NCBI GenBank assembly: GCA_037447605.1
Contig: CM074820.1
Location: 1,426,001-1,490,000 of the forward strand
Source: Zygnema circumcarinatum SAG 698-1b
Taxonomy: Eukaryota; Plantae; Zygnematophyceae
Direction of reading: 5' to 3'
DNA: 64,000 bases
Position 1 is the first letter of the stretch. Every line of letters starts with the position of its first letter. The notes under the pieces are model-generated. The model was given only the letters and a program-made list of their open reading frames with translations. It had not been told where the DNA came from and made no database searches. Below, piece by piece: positions 52,801-64,000 of this stretch. The translations under genes were made by a program, and so were the position numbers.

Positions 52801-53398
52801 GGGGGGGATACAGGTGAGAACTGCATACCGGTCGCTTGCAGCTGCTCACCATCCGGACAGGAATGCGGATCGAGATGATGCAGAAACAAGATTCAAGAGG
52901 GTGAGAAACTCCTCTCACTGCACTTAACTGTTTCCGGAGTCAAAGACAATAGGGTTTCTTCAGTTGCTTCTTGGAGTTTGCACTTGCACTCCTCTACAGA
53001 AACTTTTAACCTTTCCCTGTATTTGCTTTACGATTGCGCAAGGTCGAATGAGGGAGTAGAACGATGATTTCTTAACAAATGGTGTGAAAGGCGCAGGTGG
53101 GTTGAAGCCGATTATTGTATGTGAAAAGGAAATGTGATGTCGGTGATGTCAGAAAAGTGATGCTGGAAAAGCTATGTATGTGCAGGTGGTGGAGGCATAC
53201 GACAGGATCAAGGCGAAGGCGGGAGGAGAGAAGCTTGTGGGAGGGAGCTCGTCCGGCGTGGACAGTCTGAAGGAGGTGGACGTTAAGGGCGCACCGGAGA
53301 GCACTCTGCCCACAGGGATGAGGGCCGGAGTGGTGCCCGTAGACTTCAATCTCACGGACCTGTTCCTGCCCAGACGGTTCAGAGGCGTCCACGACTGA
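49886..53398 (+). CDS. J-domain (DnaJ) protein, probably plastid-targeted
   Basis: Ser-rich transit-like exon 1. C-terminal J domain CPYAVLGLEKDASSSQ|VRTAYRSLAAAHHPDRN...RFKR|VVEAYDRI with the HPD motif. Phases are consistent across 6 exons. Confidence 0.82.
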
Positions 53399-53436
53399 CT
53401 GAAAGAGAGAGGCAACTGATCATTCATTTTCTCATT

Positions 53437-53692
53437 CCTCTTCCCCTTCCTCTCCCACTTTCTCGTTCCTCTCCCTCTCCCTCTCCCTCTCCCTCTCCCT
53501 CTCCCACTTTCTCGTCACCCTCCCCCACTTTCTCGTCACCCTCCCCTACTTTCTCGTTCCTCTCCCTCTCCCTCTCCCACTTTCTCATCACCCTCTTCCA
53601 CTTTCTCGTTCCTCTCCCTCTCCCTCTCCCACTTTCTCATTCCTCGCCCTCTCCCTCTCCCACTTTCTCGTTCCTCTCCCTCTCCCTCTCCC
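53437..53692. repeat. CT-rich minisatellite (CCCACTTTCTCGTTCCTCTCCCTCT-like units)
   Basis: About 8 tandem degenerate units downstream of the DnaJ stop. Confidence 0.85.
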
Positions 53693-53880
53693 TCTTCTTG
53701 ACCATTCAAGTGGAGACCCAACAGACCTCCGCATTGCCGCATCCTACCTATAGAGCATTTACATTTTTAGGGTTCCGATATTTAGGGCACGCTCCCCCTA
53801 AGCACACGCTGCATATCTTATTGCATCCGTTACTTTTTTGCATCAGCCTGCCCGCTGTTAGGGCTTGTTCGTGTTCCCAG

Positions 53881-53970
53881 GGCTTTAGGTTTTTAGGGGA
53901 AAAAGGGGGTTTTAGGGCTTATAAGGTTTTAGGGTTTCAGGTTTTAGGGTTTCAGGTTTTAGGGTTTACA
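53881..53970 (+). repeat. Telomere-like TTTTAGGG/TTTCAGG degenerate array
   Basis: GGTTTTAGGGTTTCAGGTTTTAGGGTTTCAGGTTTTAGGG. Confidence 0.75.
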
Positions 53971-54832
53971 GGGCTGCAGGAGTCTCTCCCCCTGAGACCA
54001 CCCCCCATGGCACAGAAGCTCAAGTTGGCGCCAAGCCCCTCCCAAGGCAGCAGCGCAAGGGAGCAGAGCTTTCCAAGTTGTTGTTGGAAGCAGACACTTT
54101 CTCTCGCCTTGTTTTGAGCCATTTGTGGTACTCCTAAGGTCGCTGAACAAGGTCGGCTCGCGAAGGTTGCGAACAACTCTGTTGTCGTTTCGATGGTTCT
54201 ATGTTCAACTTGGTTGGCCTTATTGGGCATTGTTTGGCTTGCTCTACAGAGCGCAAGGGTGCGTTCCGTGTGCTAGTTACAGTATCAGTTTCATCCAGGT
54301 TTTCTAACAGAAGTTGCGAGCCGTCCGCACGTCTGACGTTGGCTTGCTACTAGCTGGGAGGCAACTTAAACTTTTGCAATCGGCACATGCCACGTGGCCG
54401 CAACAATGCCGTTTCCTCTTTTTTTGCCACGTAGCAGCAGATCTAACTATGACACGTCCGATTTGGACGCCATGGGTACGGCCACATGTACTGTACGGTT
54501 ATGCGTACGACCTAGTACGGTCATATGTACGGATTCTCAGGGATGCACGGATAGGCCCCGCCCTCCGCCGGGGGGGAAGGTTATGAGGCGAGAATTCTCC
54601 AATGGTAACTTACCACGTGTAAACAATTGTACACGTGGTACGTCCCAATTGGAGGTGCTCGAACACGGAGCGCGGAGTTCCGCACAGTGCACAGCCTCGG
54701 CCAATTAGAACGCGCCACGTGTACAACTATGCACACCTGGCACGCCCCCATTGGATGGCCCTCAAATACAGGGGCCGCCATGGCGGCCGTCTCCCTCCCT
54801 CCCGCCCTTCTTCCCTCTACCTCGGCTCCGCC

Positions 54833-55081
54833 ATGGTCAGCGTAAAGGTGCTGCTCTTCGCGCGTGCGAGGGAGCTCGCCGGCGTGAGCGAGGCCGCGCT
54901 CTGCCTCGAGGAGGGCGCGTCCACGGCCGCGGTCTTCCCCGCGCTGGCGGGGCGGTTCGGGGCGCTGGAGGAGCTGCGGGACTGCCACGTGCTGGCGCTC
55001 AACTGCAGCTACGTCACGGAGCCCGTCCCGCTCAAGGACGGGGACGAGGTGGCGATCATTCCGCCCATCAGCGGGGGCTGA
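54833..55081 (+). CDS. CNX7: Molybdopterin synthase sulfur-carrier subunit (MoaD/MOCS2A/CNX7), intronless
   Basis: 82 aa, MVSVKVLLFARARELAG...DGDEVAIIPPISGG*, with the canonical C-terminal Gly-Gly and a strong start context (ccgccATGG). Confidence 0.96.
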   Translation: MVSVKVLLFARARELAGVSEAALCLEEGASTAAVFPALAGRFGALEELRDCHVLALNCSYVTEPVPLKDGDEVAIIPPISGG

Positions 55082-55162
55082 GGAGGGGCTCTATGCGGGC
55101 CGTTGAACGGAGGTAGGACAGTTAGGGTTTTCTGTGCAGGTTTGCAGGTTCGGGTTGGTTGC

Positions 55163-58100
55163 ATGGAGGAGGAGGAGGAGGAGGAGGAGGAGGAGGAGGA
55201 GGGGGGGGGGATGTTGCCTGCGGATGTTCTCGCTCACATCTTTACAGCGGTTGGAGCGAAGGGGCTGGCTATGGCAAGCTGCGTTTGCACACTATGGTGA
55301 GTGAAATAGTGAAAACTGCAGCTATGTTGATGCTTTGAGTGCGGTTTTTTGTGGTATTCTTTAATTTTCTATGTAAATGTCTTGCAATTCCTCGCAAGAG
55401 CTGGTGATTTCGGACGCTTATAAGGTGCTCGTAATGCATGAATCATTCGCGACTTATGGACTTTACAATGCGACAAGCACCCTCAATCTTATCGATGTTT
55501 GTGCCGTGTTTAGTCGCGACAGGGTTACGCAATCTGATGAGTAAAGCTGTGACTTACAGCAAAAGCTTCACAAAAAACGTTATGGTTTGTCCAAGATTGC
55601 GCAGTTTAAAATGGACCCTCGTCGACCTCTTTTCTCTTACCCCTGATCTTAACCCTAACCCTGATTCTGTCAGTGCAGGAGGGAGGTTGCTTCAGCAGAC
55701 CAGTTTTGGCGGCAAGCGTACGTTACTGAATTTGGGTTAACTTATCCGCACTCAGTTGTGGAAGTTACCAACAATGGGCTCTCACCCTTCAACACTAAAT
55801 CTGAAGGTTCTGGAAGAGTTTCAATCTCTCCCAACTTGCCGACTGGAATCTGCAGTTGGCGCCATCTGTTTATCAAAGCATGTGATTCTCGGCACAGGCC
55901 ATACTTGTGCCTTGCGGGAAAAATGAATTACGCTATGGAACAGATAGCAGCATGGCGCGTTTTAGTCAGGGCCGTAGAAGGTGAGGGGACGCGTGGAGTT
56001 CTGGGAAAGGAGGACACGTGGCAGGCTTTCCCTGCACGCTCTATCACCAAAGCGGTTCAGAGCATTTGGCTCACTTTCTGTCTCCCGGATGAAGTGATGA
56101 TGCAATATGAAGGGCTCGGAACCCACTATGACATCATCGTGCAGGCGAAGACAGTGAGTCATTCTAGGGGCGGATTTTTGGGAAATTGGAATTTAGGGTT
56201 TGGCAATGGAGAGGCTTCTGGTTTGAATGGCACGATGAAGGATTGTGACGAAAAGGTTCACAAAACAGCAAGTACTTTGGACCTTGAGCTTTATCGCCTA
56301 GTTGAAGATGAGGAGATTTATGCCGATGACTGGTTTTCGGTGATGAGAGTCTTTGGATGCGAGCTTATTAAAGGCCATGATCTCTCCTCGGATGAAGCAA
56401 TGATCTACCAGGCACATGCTACAGGTTTATATGCATACAGAGTTCCGTCAGGTATAGTTTTTCCTTTTAGGCTCCATAGGCTTTGAGTGAAATCTGAATG
56501 GGCTTTCTGAGAAGCATGCAAGGGACGATTGTACAACTTTGTATTGAGCTTGTCTATAGTCACTTATGCATGCAATCACACATTTTTTTTTCATTTTCTT
56601 GTCTTCAAGCCTCAATGTCAACTTTCTTGGATTGCTTGGATGCAGAAAACTTGAACTCAACATCAAATTTGCAGCATCCTACGTTAAACGTCATCGCATA
56701 CCTGCATGCAGAGCAGCTTCTTCCTGCCCTCCCATTCCCACTTATTCAATCGCTTACAACTTGTGGCCATCTGAACTTGGAGGCCGGAACTTCATTCAAG
56801 CTATCAGAAGGAACTAGTGAATTTGGGACTGAGACAGATGATTTGCAGGCAACAGAGACATTGGAGGAGATGTCGTCGCCAGCATCATCATCAGCTGCTG
56901 CAACATGTCTTACTAACTCTATTTCTCATGGAGAGTGTGGATACATTTCGAGAGCAGGAGTGGAGGGGCTGCCAGTTTATGTGTATTTGGACTTCACTGC
57001 TGTCTCTGGTGAGGATCAAAAGATCTCCAGCATGATCGAGTGAGCTTAGTAGAGTACAAACTGTAGCATCTTTGCTGTTCCTATGAGCATAGAAACCTTG
57101 GAAACCTAAAACGTTGATTTAAAGATATCCAGATATCACTTTCTGCATGCAGGCGGTTCCATGATTGGCAGTTGCTGTGCTGCATTATGGCCACGTCTTG
57201 CCGATTCCACCTCTTCGTTTGAAGGCAAGTAGAGCCACTCCTTTTATGTCATGCTTTTGTGAAAGGCAGAGGAGAACATGGTCGCTAAGGGCAACTTTCA
57301 TATAAATGGAAGCTGGGGCGTAGAATTCACATTCGCTATTGCAATGGCTTCATCCTTCACCCTCTTTCCCTTCCCGCACATGCTCTACCCTTACAACCTG
57401 TACCAACCTCGCATTATCTCAACTGTTTCCATGCTCAGATGTCGGAGCCATATGTCACTGGGACGGCCCTGTGGAAGGCATTACCACAGGCATGACGCTG
57501 GCTGAGCTGGCAGAGGGGGAAGCTCTTGCAGACATCACTCTCCTTACAAGGCAAGGGCACTCTCTAAACCTTCTTCCTCCTCGTGTGTGCCTAGACCACA
57601 GAGTGGTAACATCTCTCTCTCTCTGCCTAACTCCCTCTCCTGCAGTGTAGGGTTACTTAGTTGACACTCCAACTTGCTGATGTCACCAGCCAGAGTCACT
57701 AAAGCAGTATGAAACCTTCTGTTTGCCTGTTACAATGTGGCAGTCATGGAGAGCTCGTGCTCGGTAGAGCAGGAACGGAACTGTGGCAGGGAGCAGGGGA
57801 GCCACATACGCGGCTACACTTCATTCCAGACGGCTCTAGTGACGGCCTTTTTGCAAATGCCGTCTCGCTATGGCCATCACATCATCCCCGCAAGTCTGCG
57901 AACGATTTGGAGGCACTCGAGTCGACAAGTGGTCGACTGGATTCTGCTAAAGCGGCCGTCAAAGTAGTAGATCGAGCTGATATTGGCATAGGGAAGGTGA
58001 GCAAGACAATGGAAAGGGGAAGCGAAATAGTTGCGAATTGTGAGGCAAGTTCAAGCTGTGGGCTTAAGCCGAGTGAGGTCAGCCTAGAAAATCATGGAAG

Positions 58101-58344
58101 TGATGTACTGGATGCACGAGAAGACATAGATCATGTGATGCAGCGAATGCGGGACTTGTCAGTGAGTCATCGAGATGAAAGAATTTCAGGGAATGTGACA
58201 CGAGGAAGCAGTGAACCGTTGGCAATTACGGATTTATGTGGGCAAGTAGACAGGAAAACACGGAACTTTGTTGTAGCGGAAATGCGAGGGACCATCAGCC
58301 TCCAACTGACCCCGAATGCAATGCGCCGACTTTTGCCTCTCTAA
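55163..58344 (+). CDS. F-box domain protein of unknown function
   Basis: F-box LPADVLAHIF...LAMASCVCTLW|REVASADQFWRQAY is split by a GT-AG intron (55276-55677 region). Long open exons follow; two downstream introns need GC donors. The C-terminal model is tentative. Confidence 0.72.
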
Positions 58345-59584
58345 TCAATTGCAAGTTAAGAGTTGCTTTTCTGGTTGTGTGACTCTAAATGCGAGGCTAT
58401 CCATCTGAAAACTGGTGGCTGGAAGTGAGCGATTACACGATGTGGGTCTGTGAGTGGCGGCAAAGGGAGAAGGAGAGGGTTAGGGAGAGGGTAAGGGGGA
58501 TATGGTGCAGTGGAAGGGTGGAGAGAAGAAGATAGAAGAGAGAGGTAAGGAGGGAAGCTGCACAAATGTAAAGAACGACCTAAACGAAAGAAGGTTTATA
58601 AGCAAAACGCTGCTTCTAGGCCTAACAACACGGCTATAAAAGCAGGGAGAGTGCGAGAGGGAGAAGGAGAGGGAGAGAAGGGAGAGGGAATCGGGGAGGG
58701 GGAGGGGGAGCGGGAGAGGGAAAGAAGGGAGAGAAAATCGGGGAGAGGGATAGGGAGAAAACTATGAGGAAAGCATAGGGAGAATCACTTTTTCCTGATC
58801 CAATAAGACTATGTTTCAATCGTAGTGATCAGGCAGGAGCAACACCAAGTAGAAATGATGAGAAACTCACTGACTAAATGACTACGTACGTTTGATGGCG
58901 TCGCCATGCGTCAGATCCAAGTCAATCCACAACCCTCTGTTTGAAAGGGACCAACTGCCAACAAGCAGCCAGAAACTTCTTCCATGTCTGTCCCCTCGTT
59001 TTGTTCGAATAGTCTATAACTCAGACAGGAAAGAATTCATCGACTGATGTACTCGTCTCGACATTCGGGTACTGTTAACGTGAGAAAAATGGGCCCATGG
59101 TGTCCAGTTCTAGACCAGACCCTCAAGTCAATTGAAACACGGTGCGGAGTAAGAAAACCATATGCTTATTGTTGGTTAAAGGACGCCGCTGACCTTGCCT
59201 TTGTAGTCGTTGATGCCGCTACCATTCTCAAACACCTGGATGCCAAGTTACTCGGATTTCGCTAGCAGAAAAATAATAAACAAGTTGATATGCAGAAAAA
59301 AACGAGTTGAGGAGGCCGGAACGCTTCAATGCAGCCAACAGATATCGTCAAGGGCTACATGTAGTTGTTTATAGGCAACACATCAGCAGTTTAGATTGAC
59401 AAACCCTAATTTCTAACACCCTCATCTTCGTTCCATTGCACTATACAAAAGTGGGGCCTTCCAAAGGTCACGGCTAGAGTTCCTAAAACGTTTCTGAAAC
59501 ATTTCATTTTTGAAAAAGGTGTCTCTTCAGAACCTTCTCCCGATTTCAAAGTGCTTCAGAAATTTCTCCCTTAAAGCTGCAAGC

Positions 59585-60963
59585 TCAAATAGCTTTGCTC
59601 TTAAAGGAAGGAAATCCCTGAAAGAATCCAGCCTTCCCTTTCTGACCTTTCTTCCCTTCACTCTCCACCCCCCTCTCTCCTGAAGGGATCTCTTCCACAG
59701 GCCCCCCTTGCCTGGCCCCATACTGTAACTCGTAATGCTTCTCGAAAGCACGCGGGAGAAGCATAGGAATGACAAAGAGCGCAAGATTCGCAGACCAAAA
59801 TCCCGCGTTCGCAAGGGCCAAAGCTCTCCCGAAAAGCTGAAAGTAAGGGAGCTGGATACTTAGTGGATTTTCAGCAAAAAGTATTCGAATCCAGCCGTTT
59901 ATTACTACTAAGCGCCGAGCTGTGTAGATGAGAGTTGCAAGAGCGCGGACCGGAAGAGGGATCCAATCGAACATCACAATCACATTCTCTGTGAGGAGTT
60001 GGCAGGCCATCAGGAACAAATGGGGAGTGGCGGCAGCAACGGCTTCTTGGTCTCCATTAGTGAAGCCTGCCCAAAAACGGTGAGAGTGGGAGAGTGAGAG
60101 ATGGAGATGGAGACGGAGATGGAGATGGAGATGGTGATGGAGATGGAGAGGGAGAGGAAGAGGGAGAGAAGGAGAGATGGAGAGAGGGAGAAAGGGAGAG
60201 AGGGAGAGAGGAGAAGAGGGAGAGAGGGAGAGAGGGAGAGAGGGAGAGAGGGAGAGANNNNNNNNNNGGAGAGAGGGAGAGAGGGAGAGAGGGAGAGAGG
60301 GAGAGAGGGAGAGAGGGAGAGGGAGAGAGGGAGAGAGGGAGACAGGGAGACAGGGAGACGGGGAGCAAGGGGGCAGGGGAGTGGGGGGGGGGGACGGCGA
60401 GGGGGAGGGAGAGGGTGAAGGGGAGGAGGGGAAACACAAAGGGGGAGAGGGAGCGAAGGAGAGAGGGAAGTGGGAAGTGGGAGTTGGCTTAGAAAAAGAA
60501 ATAGAAATAACCATATATTTCTGAATCGAGGAAACTAGCTTTCACACATCACGATCAAGAGCAACAGCAAAATGAACGCAAAAAAGGTGAGAAGCTCACT
60601 CCCAAAGACGTAAGCCAGCGGCAAAAACAAGCCGATCGTAGTGCCGAGAGCCGCATAGAGTGGGAACCACGTGTGAACACCGAAGAGAGCTGGAGCCTTT
60701 TTCCCACTCTTGTTTGGAAAGACGTAAATTGACAGCGCAGCAATGTATATGGTTGTGAAAATCGCCGTTCCGATCTCCTCCACCGGAACGAGCCCGCTCA
60801 CTGTGAACACGAGAATGCAGGCGAGCAGCTGAACCTGAAGGAAGGAGAATCTTGACAAGGCTCCGCTTGAAGATGATGCAGAAGTCGGCCCCACCGCCTG
60901 CCCGCCTTCAGGCTGAGCCTGCGGAGCCATCGTCTGTCCTGCGGCCACTGACACTCCAGACAT
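59585..60963 (-). CDS. Conserved plant multi-pass membrane protein (DUF7733-type; similar to Arabidopsis At1g27990/At5g52420)
   Basis: Two exons (60963-60600, 60066-59585): MSGVS..., QLLACILVFTVSGLVP, GTTIGLFLPLAYVFG|SFTNGDQEAVAAATPHLFLMACQLLTEN, FGRALALAN, LLPRAFEKHY. Confidence 0.9.
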
Positions 60964-61572
60964 GGCTATGCAGGTGGTGGTCGCCTCCTGCAAGTAAGAA
61001 TATTTCAAGCGAGAGTTTTTCAGTTCTGTTTTCTGTTGTTAGTATTAGCAATGTTCAGACACGTGTCCTCTGGGTTCCGCTTTTTTGTAGCCCTTCCCTT
61101 TTTTGATGAGGATGAGGTTAAGCTTGGTTATTCTGCTTTCTTTGTGAAAGAAAGCAGAATGAACTGAGTGAGTAAATGGCAGAGATTTTCCTTATTAATT
61201 GAAAAAAATAAAATTCACGCGGGTCCACTTTTGTTTCTGGAAAAATGAAAAAATGCATCAGCATCTGCACATGTGGTCGTCTCATGCTGTCTGTCCATTG
61301 CCTGCCTCCCTCAGCTCCTTCCTTCCCTCCTTCCCTTATTCATTCCCAGCCACAGAGAGGAAGGCGAACAAACTCCGCTGGAAACACACACACACATTTC
61401 ATTTTGGATCGAACATGGCAAGCGGCTCCGCCTCACCTTTGGACACAGAAGTTGCGCAAAATCCTGGTCCCTCCCCCCCCCTGCTGCTTTTGCGTCTCCC
61501 TCTCTCTCCTTCTATCTCTCTCTCGCTTCCTTGCGCACGCTCTCCCTTTTCCCTCTCTCCCACTCTCCCCCT

Positions 61573-61638
<66 letters not shown>

Positions 61639-61775
61639 CTCTCCCTTTCTCTCTCTCTCCGTCTCCCCCTCCCTCGCTCTCTCTCTCCCTTGCGCACGCT
61701 TTCCCTCTCCCGCCCCCCTCTCTCTCTCTCTCGCCCTCTCTCCGTCGCAGGTCCACCAGCGACATGCAGCATGGC

Positions 61776-62089
61776 GCCACGTGGCGTCTCCGAACAAGTG
61801 GCGCTGTGCGAATCGCCACATGGCGCTGCATGGCGCTAGGTGCGACTTTTGTCGCCAGTGCGGCCACGTCAACTCACTTAAGTGTCGATAAGCCAATGAG
61901 CGCCCGCCACATCAACAAATATTTCACAGCGAAGTAAATTACGCCACGTATGAAATCATTTCTAGAATTTTCAATAGATTTACTCCACAAAGACCTGCCA
62001 CGCTAGCAAACATTTTATGTTTTTTCGTGTACAGCGTGGGCTTCGAATTTTACACCCGAACAGGCTCTAATAGAAACGCGCCACGTGTA
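61776..62089. promoter_or_regulatory. G-box/ABRE-like cluster upstream of the DUF7733-type gene
   Basis: GCCACGTGGC at 61776; GCCACGT at 61863, 61943 and 62080. Confidence 0.45.
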
Positions 62090-62324
62090 AGAAAATCAAA
62101 ATAATACACGAGTTAAGAGAGACACAAAACTTTAAGAAGCAACAATTGCTTTGTGAACGAGTCAGCCAGTGGTTCTTGAAGTCGGTGATCCCTGACTTCA
62201 ACTTCTTGCGGCAGAATGGACGGTGAGATTCGCAGCACGCGAAACCTCGCTAAGGGATGTGCGGGGAATTGCAAAATGTAGTAACGGCTTGGCCAGAGGG
62301 CAGCAAAAGGAGATTCTGTCGGTG

Positions 62325-62405
62325 TGATGACAGTGGGATTTGAACCCACGCCCTTTCGGACAGGAACCTTAATCCTGCGCCTTAGACCAACTCGGCCATA
62401 TCATC
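62325..62405 (-). tRNA. trnL-AAG: tRNA-Leu(AAG)
   Basis: GATGATA..TGTCATC acceptor stem; D arm TGGCCGAGTTGGTCTAAGGCG; anticodon arm CAGGA-TTAAGGT-TCCTG; long variable arm; GTGGG-TTCAAAT-CCCAC T arm; TTTT terminator about 15 nt downstream. Confidence 0.97.
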
Positions 62406-63103
62406 ATTGCTGTTGTGACAAATACGGTCAATTCTAATTTTTAAATACTCAGCAAATTTAATTTCCTGTAACGCAGCAAGCTTCACATTTCCCAAATACT
62501 AAGCCTTTAGAACGAGTACATCGTTTCCAGGAATCAAGGGCTATTTGTCAAATTTGAAAGTACTGATTCCAGTCAGCACACATCCGTCTAGTCTCGTCAC
62601 AACAGGACTGACGAAATCCCTGTCGTAAAACTGCGTCCAATTTAGCCCCATAGAACCTCTCCTTGTCCCTGCCCGCGATTAGCCTAAGGGGTTGGAGCCG
62701 CGGGAACCACGGAGAGGCTTGCGGTTATATGCACGGGACATTCATACGAAAAAAAAAAAAAACCAAAGAGTCCCGGAAAGAGACTCCACTTCCCTAATCC
62801 CTCATTCCAGTTGAACATCAGTCCTGCTGTATAGCAGCATCTCAGCTCAATCATTTCATCAGTTCCATTCAAACTCATTGAATAGGTCCCTCCCTACATG
62901 GAATAAGCAGCAGTGGGAACAAAAAACACACCCACATGCCCTACGCCCAATGCCGACTATCTCCCGCACTAAACCCCACCTGGACATGGACCCCTCCCCC
63001 TCCTCCTCCTCAACTTCCTCCCCTCTTTCTCAACCCCCCCCCCTCCCCACAGTCCCACCATTTTAACCCCCGATGCCCCATTTGAACCCCCCACCCCCCC
63101 AGT

Positions 63104-63892
63104 TCATTGCTCCTTTTTGCGATTCTCCTTTGCAAGCGCTCTTTTCCGAATGCTGAGCGTCTGGCCGAAGCGGACGGAGTCCATGAGCGCCGGCGGCAGC
63201 GCGGCGACGAGCGCCCACATGATGGAGTGCGCCCAGTACGGCGTGCACCGCGGCTCGTACCCGATCCACTTCACACCGTAGCGCGCGTACCCCTCGGGGG
63301 AGGGGCACGTCAGAGAGGCGTAACGGATTTTCGCCAGTTTTGTCGCAACATAGAGAGGGGCCTGCACATGCATTCAACGGAGAAGGGCTTCTTCAGTCAG
63401 CTGCTTCATCATTGTGGGGGACAGGGACATCGGAAAGAAGAGGTCTCAGATTAGAGAACATATGCCAACCTACGAGGATTTCTAAGGAGCTTATTGGGAG
63501 GCAGTAGAGCAGGGAAATCAAGTAAGACAGAAGAAAAAAGGAAGGCTTAGCTACTTCTGAACACCTGAATGTCAAATCTCAGTTGCAGGCTTGAACGTTT
63601 CTCCGCAACAACTTTTGACGGCCATCTCATTGCCGAAGCTATGCAGACAATGATGAATTGAATGAATGATGCGGACGAAGGGAACCGACGGAACGAACAT
63701 CTTGAACATCTCTGACTGTAAGCATCACATTCGTTCAACGGTAACTAATGCAGAACTCACGCCTTTGATGCGACCTGACCTTTTAGAAGACTTAATATAC
63801 GAGTTGAGATTTTCCGCCGTACCTGGCACTGAACGTCGATTCCCTTCCCCTTGTACTCCACATAGAGAGTGCGCGAAAATTGGTCCACAAAT
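63104..63892 (-). CDS. KCR: Very-long-chain 3-oxoacyl-CoA reductase (KCR), last two exons; the rest lies beyond the window end
   Basis: Exon 63892-63823 FVDQFSRTLYVEYKGKGIDVQCQ; exon 63361-63104 APLYVATK...SPEGYARYGVKWIGYEPRCTPYWAHSIM...IRKRALAKENRKKEQ*. Confidence 0.93.
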
Positions 63893-64000
63893 CTGTCCAC
63901 GCGGAAGTGATTTCTATGTTAGCTTAGCGATACACGGCATGTTTGGAACAATCTAAATGTCTGAAGCTGACCGGAGATAGAGAAGGTAGTTCTCTCTTTG

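Noticed and set aside
53952-54230. Possible small minus-strand gene divergent from MoaD
   Set aside because: No recognisable domain, weak starts and no supportable splice structure.
63652-63717. ATGATGA...CTGA resembling a box C/D snoRNA
   Set aside because: It is antisense to the KCR host intron, the terminal stem is weak, and I recognise no rRNA guide.

Overview
Gene-dense, intron-rich eukaryotic nuclear DNA from a green plant lineage. Land-plant-like proteins combined with a selenocysteine-coding SelT gene point to a streptophyte (charophyte-grade) alga; this is an inference, and the species cannot be determined here. I reconstructed 16 protein-coding loci by hand from splice sites and recalled homology. 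They are HASTY/exportin-5 (partial), a TSJT1/Wali7-like gene, two O-fucosyltransferase-like paralogs, CSP41b, two alpha-1,6-fucosyltransferase-like paralogs, an intronless GT37 fucosyltransferase, SelT, SAC3C, MED7, a J-domain protein, MoaD/CNX7, an F-box protein, a DUF7733-type membrane protein and KCR (partial). There is also a tRNA-Leu(AAG), three MITE copies, a composite foldback element and many simple repeats. Main points of interest: (1) SelT has an in-frame UGA in a CxxU motif and a well-formed SECIS. (2) Five fucosyltransferase-family genes from three families form a mirror-symmetric 35-kb cluster with a gene-conversion tract. (3) MoaD and the F-box gene share a reading frame and are separated only by one UGA and a stop-free 81-nt linker. 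(4) SAC3 and MED7 are head-to-head. Limits: no database searches were run, exon boundaries are manual, and four 10-N gaps lie in homopolymer or simple-repeat tracts.
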